Assembly (NCBI RefSeq): GCF_000014785.1 | Contig: NC_008340.1 | Coordinates: 2,880,001-2,912,000 of the forward strand | From: Alkalilimnicola ehrlichii MLHE-1 | GTDB lineage: Bacteria; Pseudomonadota; Gammaproteobacteria; Nitrococcales; Halorhodospiraceae | DNA length: 32,000 bases | Direction: 5' to 3' | Shown: piece by piece, positions 31,653 to 32,000 of the stretch | Numbering within the stretch: the stretch's first letter is position 1 | How the letters are laid out: each line of letters starts with the position of its first letter | Notes under the pieces: model-generated | Told to the model about the DNA's origin: nothing | The model's database searches: none | The model's input: only the letters and a program-made list of their open reading frames with translations | Program-made: the position numbers and the translations under genes

Positions 31653-32000
31653 ATGGAGCAGTTGCTGGAATTCATCACCGACAACTGGATGCTCGTGCTG
31701 GCCTTCGTGCTCATCCTGGGCTACTGGGTCGGCGCCGAGATCTACCACTTCAGCAGCGGCGTCAAGACCATCACCCCGGAGACGGCGACCCAGCTCTACA
31801 ACCGCGACAATGCGCTGTTCGTGGATATCCGCAACAACACCGAGTACCGCAAATCGCATCTGCCCGGGGCGTTTCACATGCCGTCCACCGAGGTGGATCA
31901 ACTGCTGGAAAAGCTGCGCCGCCACGAGTCCCGGCCGCTGATCGTCTATGATGCCAATGGACTGCAGGCCAACAAGACGGCGCGGCGACTCCGCAAGGCC
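31653..32000 (+). CDS. membrane-anchored rhodanese-like domain protein (YibN-like), runs off window
   Basis: MEQLLEFITDNWMLVLAFVLILGYWVG... ITPETATQLYNRDNALFVDIRNNTEYRKSHLPGAFHMP. Start could also be ATG 31641. Confidence 0.9.
   Translation, partial: MEQLLEFITDNWMLVLAFVLILGYWVGAEIYHFSSGVKTITPETATQLYNRDNALFVDIRNNTEYRKSHLPGAFHMPSTEVDQLLEKLRRHESRPLIVYDANGLQANKTARRLRKA

Overview
This 32-kb, high-GC window looks like a gammaproteobacterial chromosome, probably Ectothiorhodospiraceae-like (inferred from gene content and order). Most of it is housekeeping. It holds the zapA / 6S RNA / 5-FTHF cyclo-ligase and ygfB-pepP-ubiH-type clusters, a pilS-like kinase, sucCD, nadE, a P-II gene, bamD, rluD, yfiH and clpB with a near-consensus sigma-32 promoter. 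It also holds a deacetylase/ctpA/envC-like/rhodanese cluster. Four areas deserve attention. (1) An archaeal-type (Pab1020/Rnl3) ATP-dependent RNA ligase lies within 3 kb of a UPF0278/PIN_5 protein that I read as HARP, the minimal protein-only RNase P, also known as the 'RNA ligase partner' family. An LHPP-like HAD protein abuts the HARP gene tail to tail. (2) There is a 214-nt nested snap-back element with perfect 44-bp arms. (3) A pair of structured repeats shares a 52-nt core in opposite orientations, but each copy is flanked by its own, different self-complementary arms. (4) A small accessory segment behind clpB carries two type II toxin-antitoxin modules with palindromic operator-like sites and a possible gene remnant. 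No tRNA, rRNA, CRISPR, transposase or phage genes were seen.
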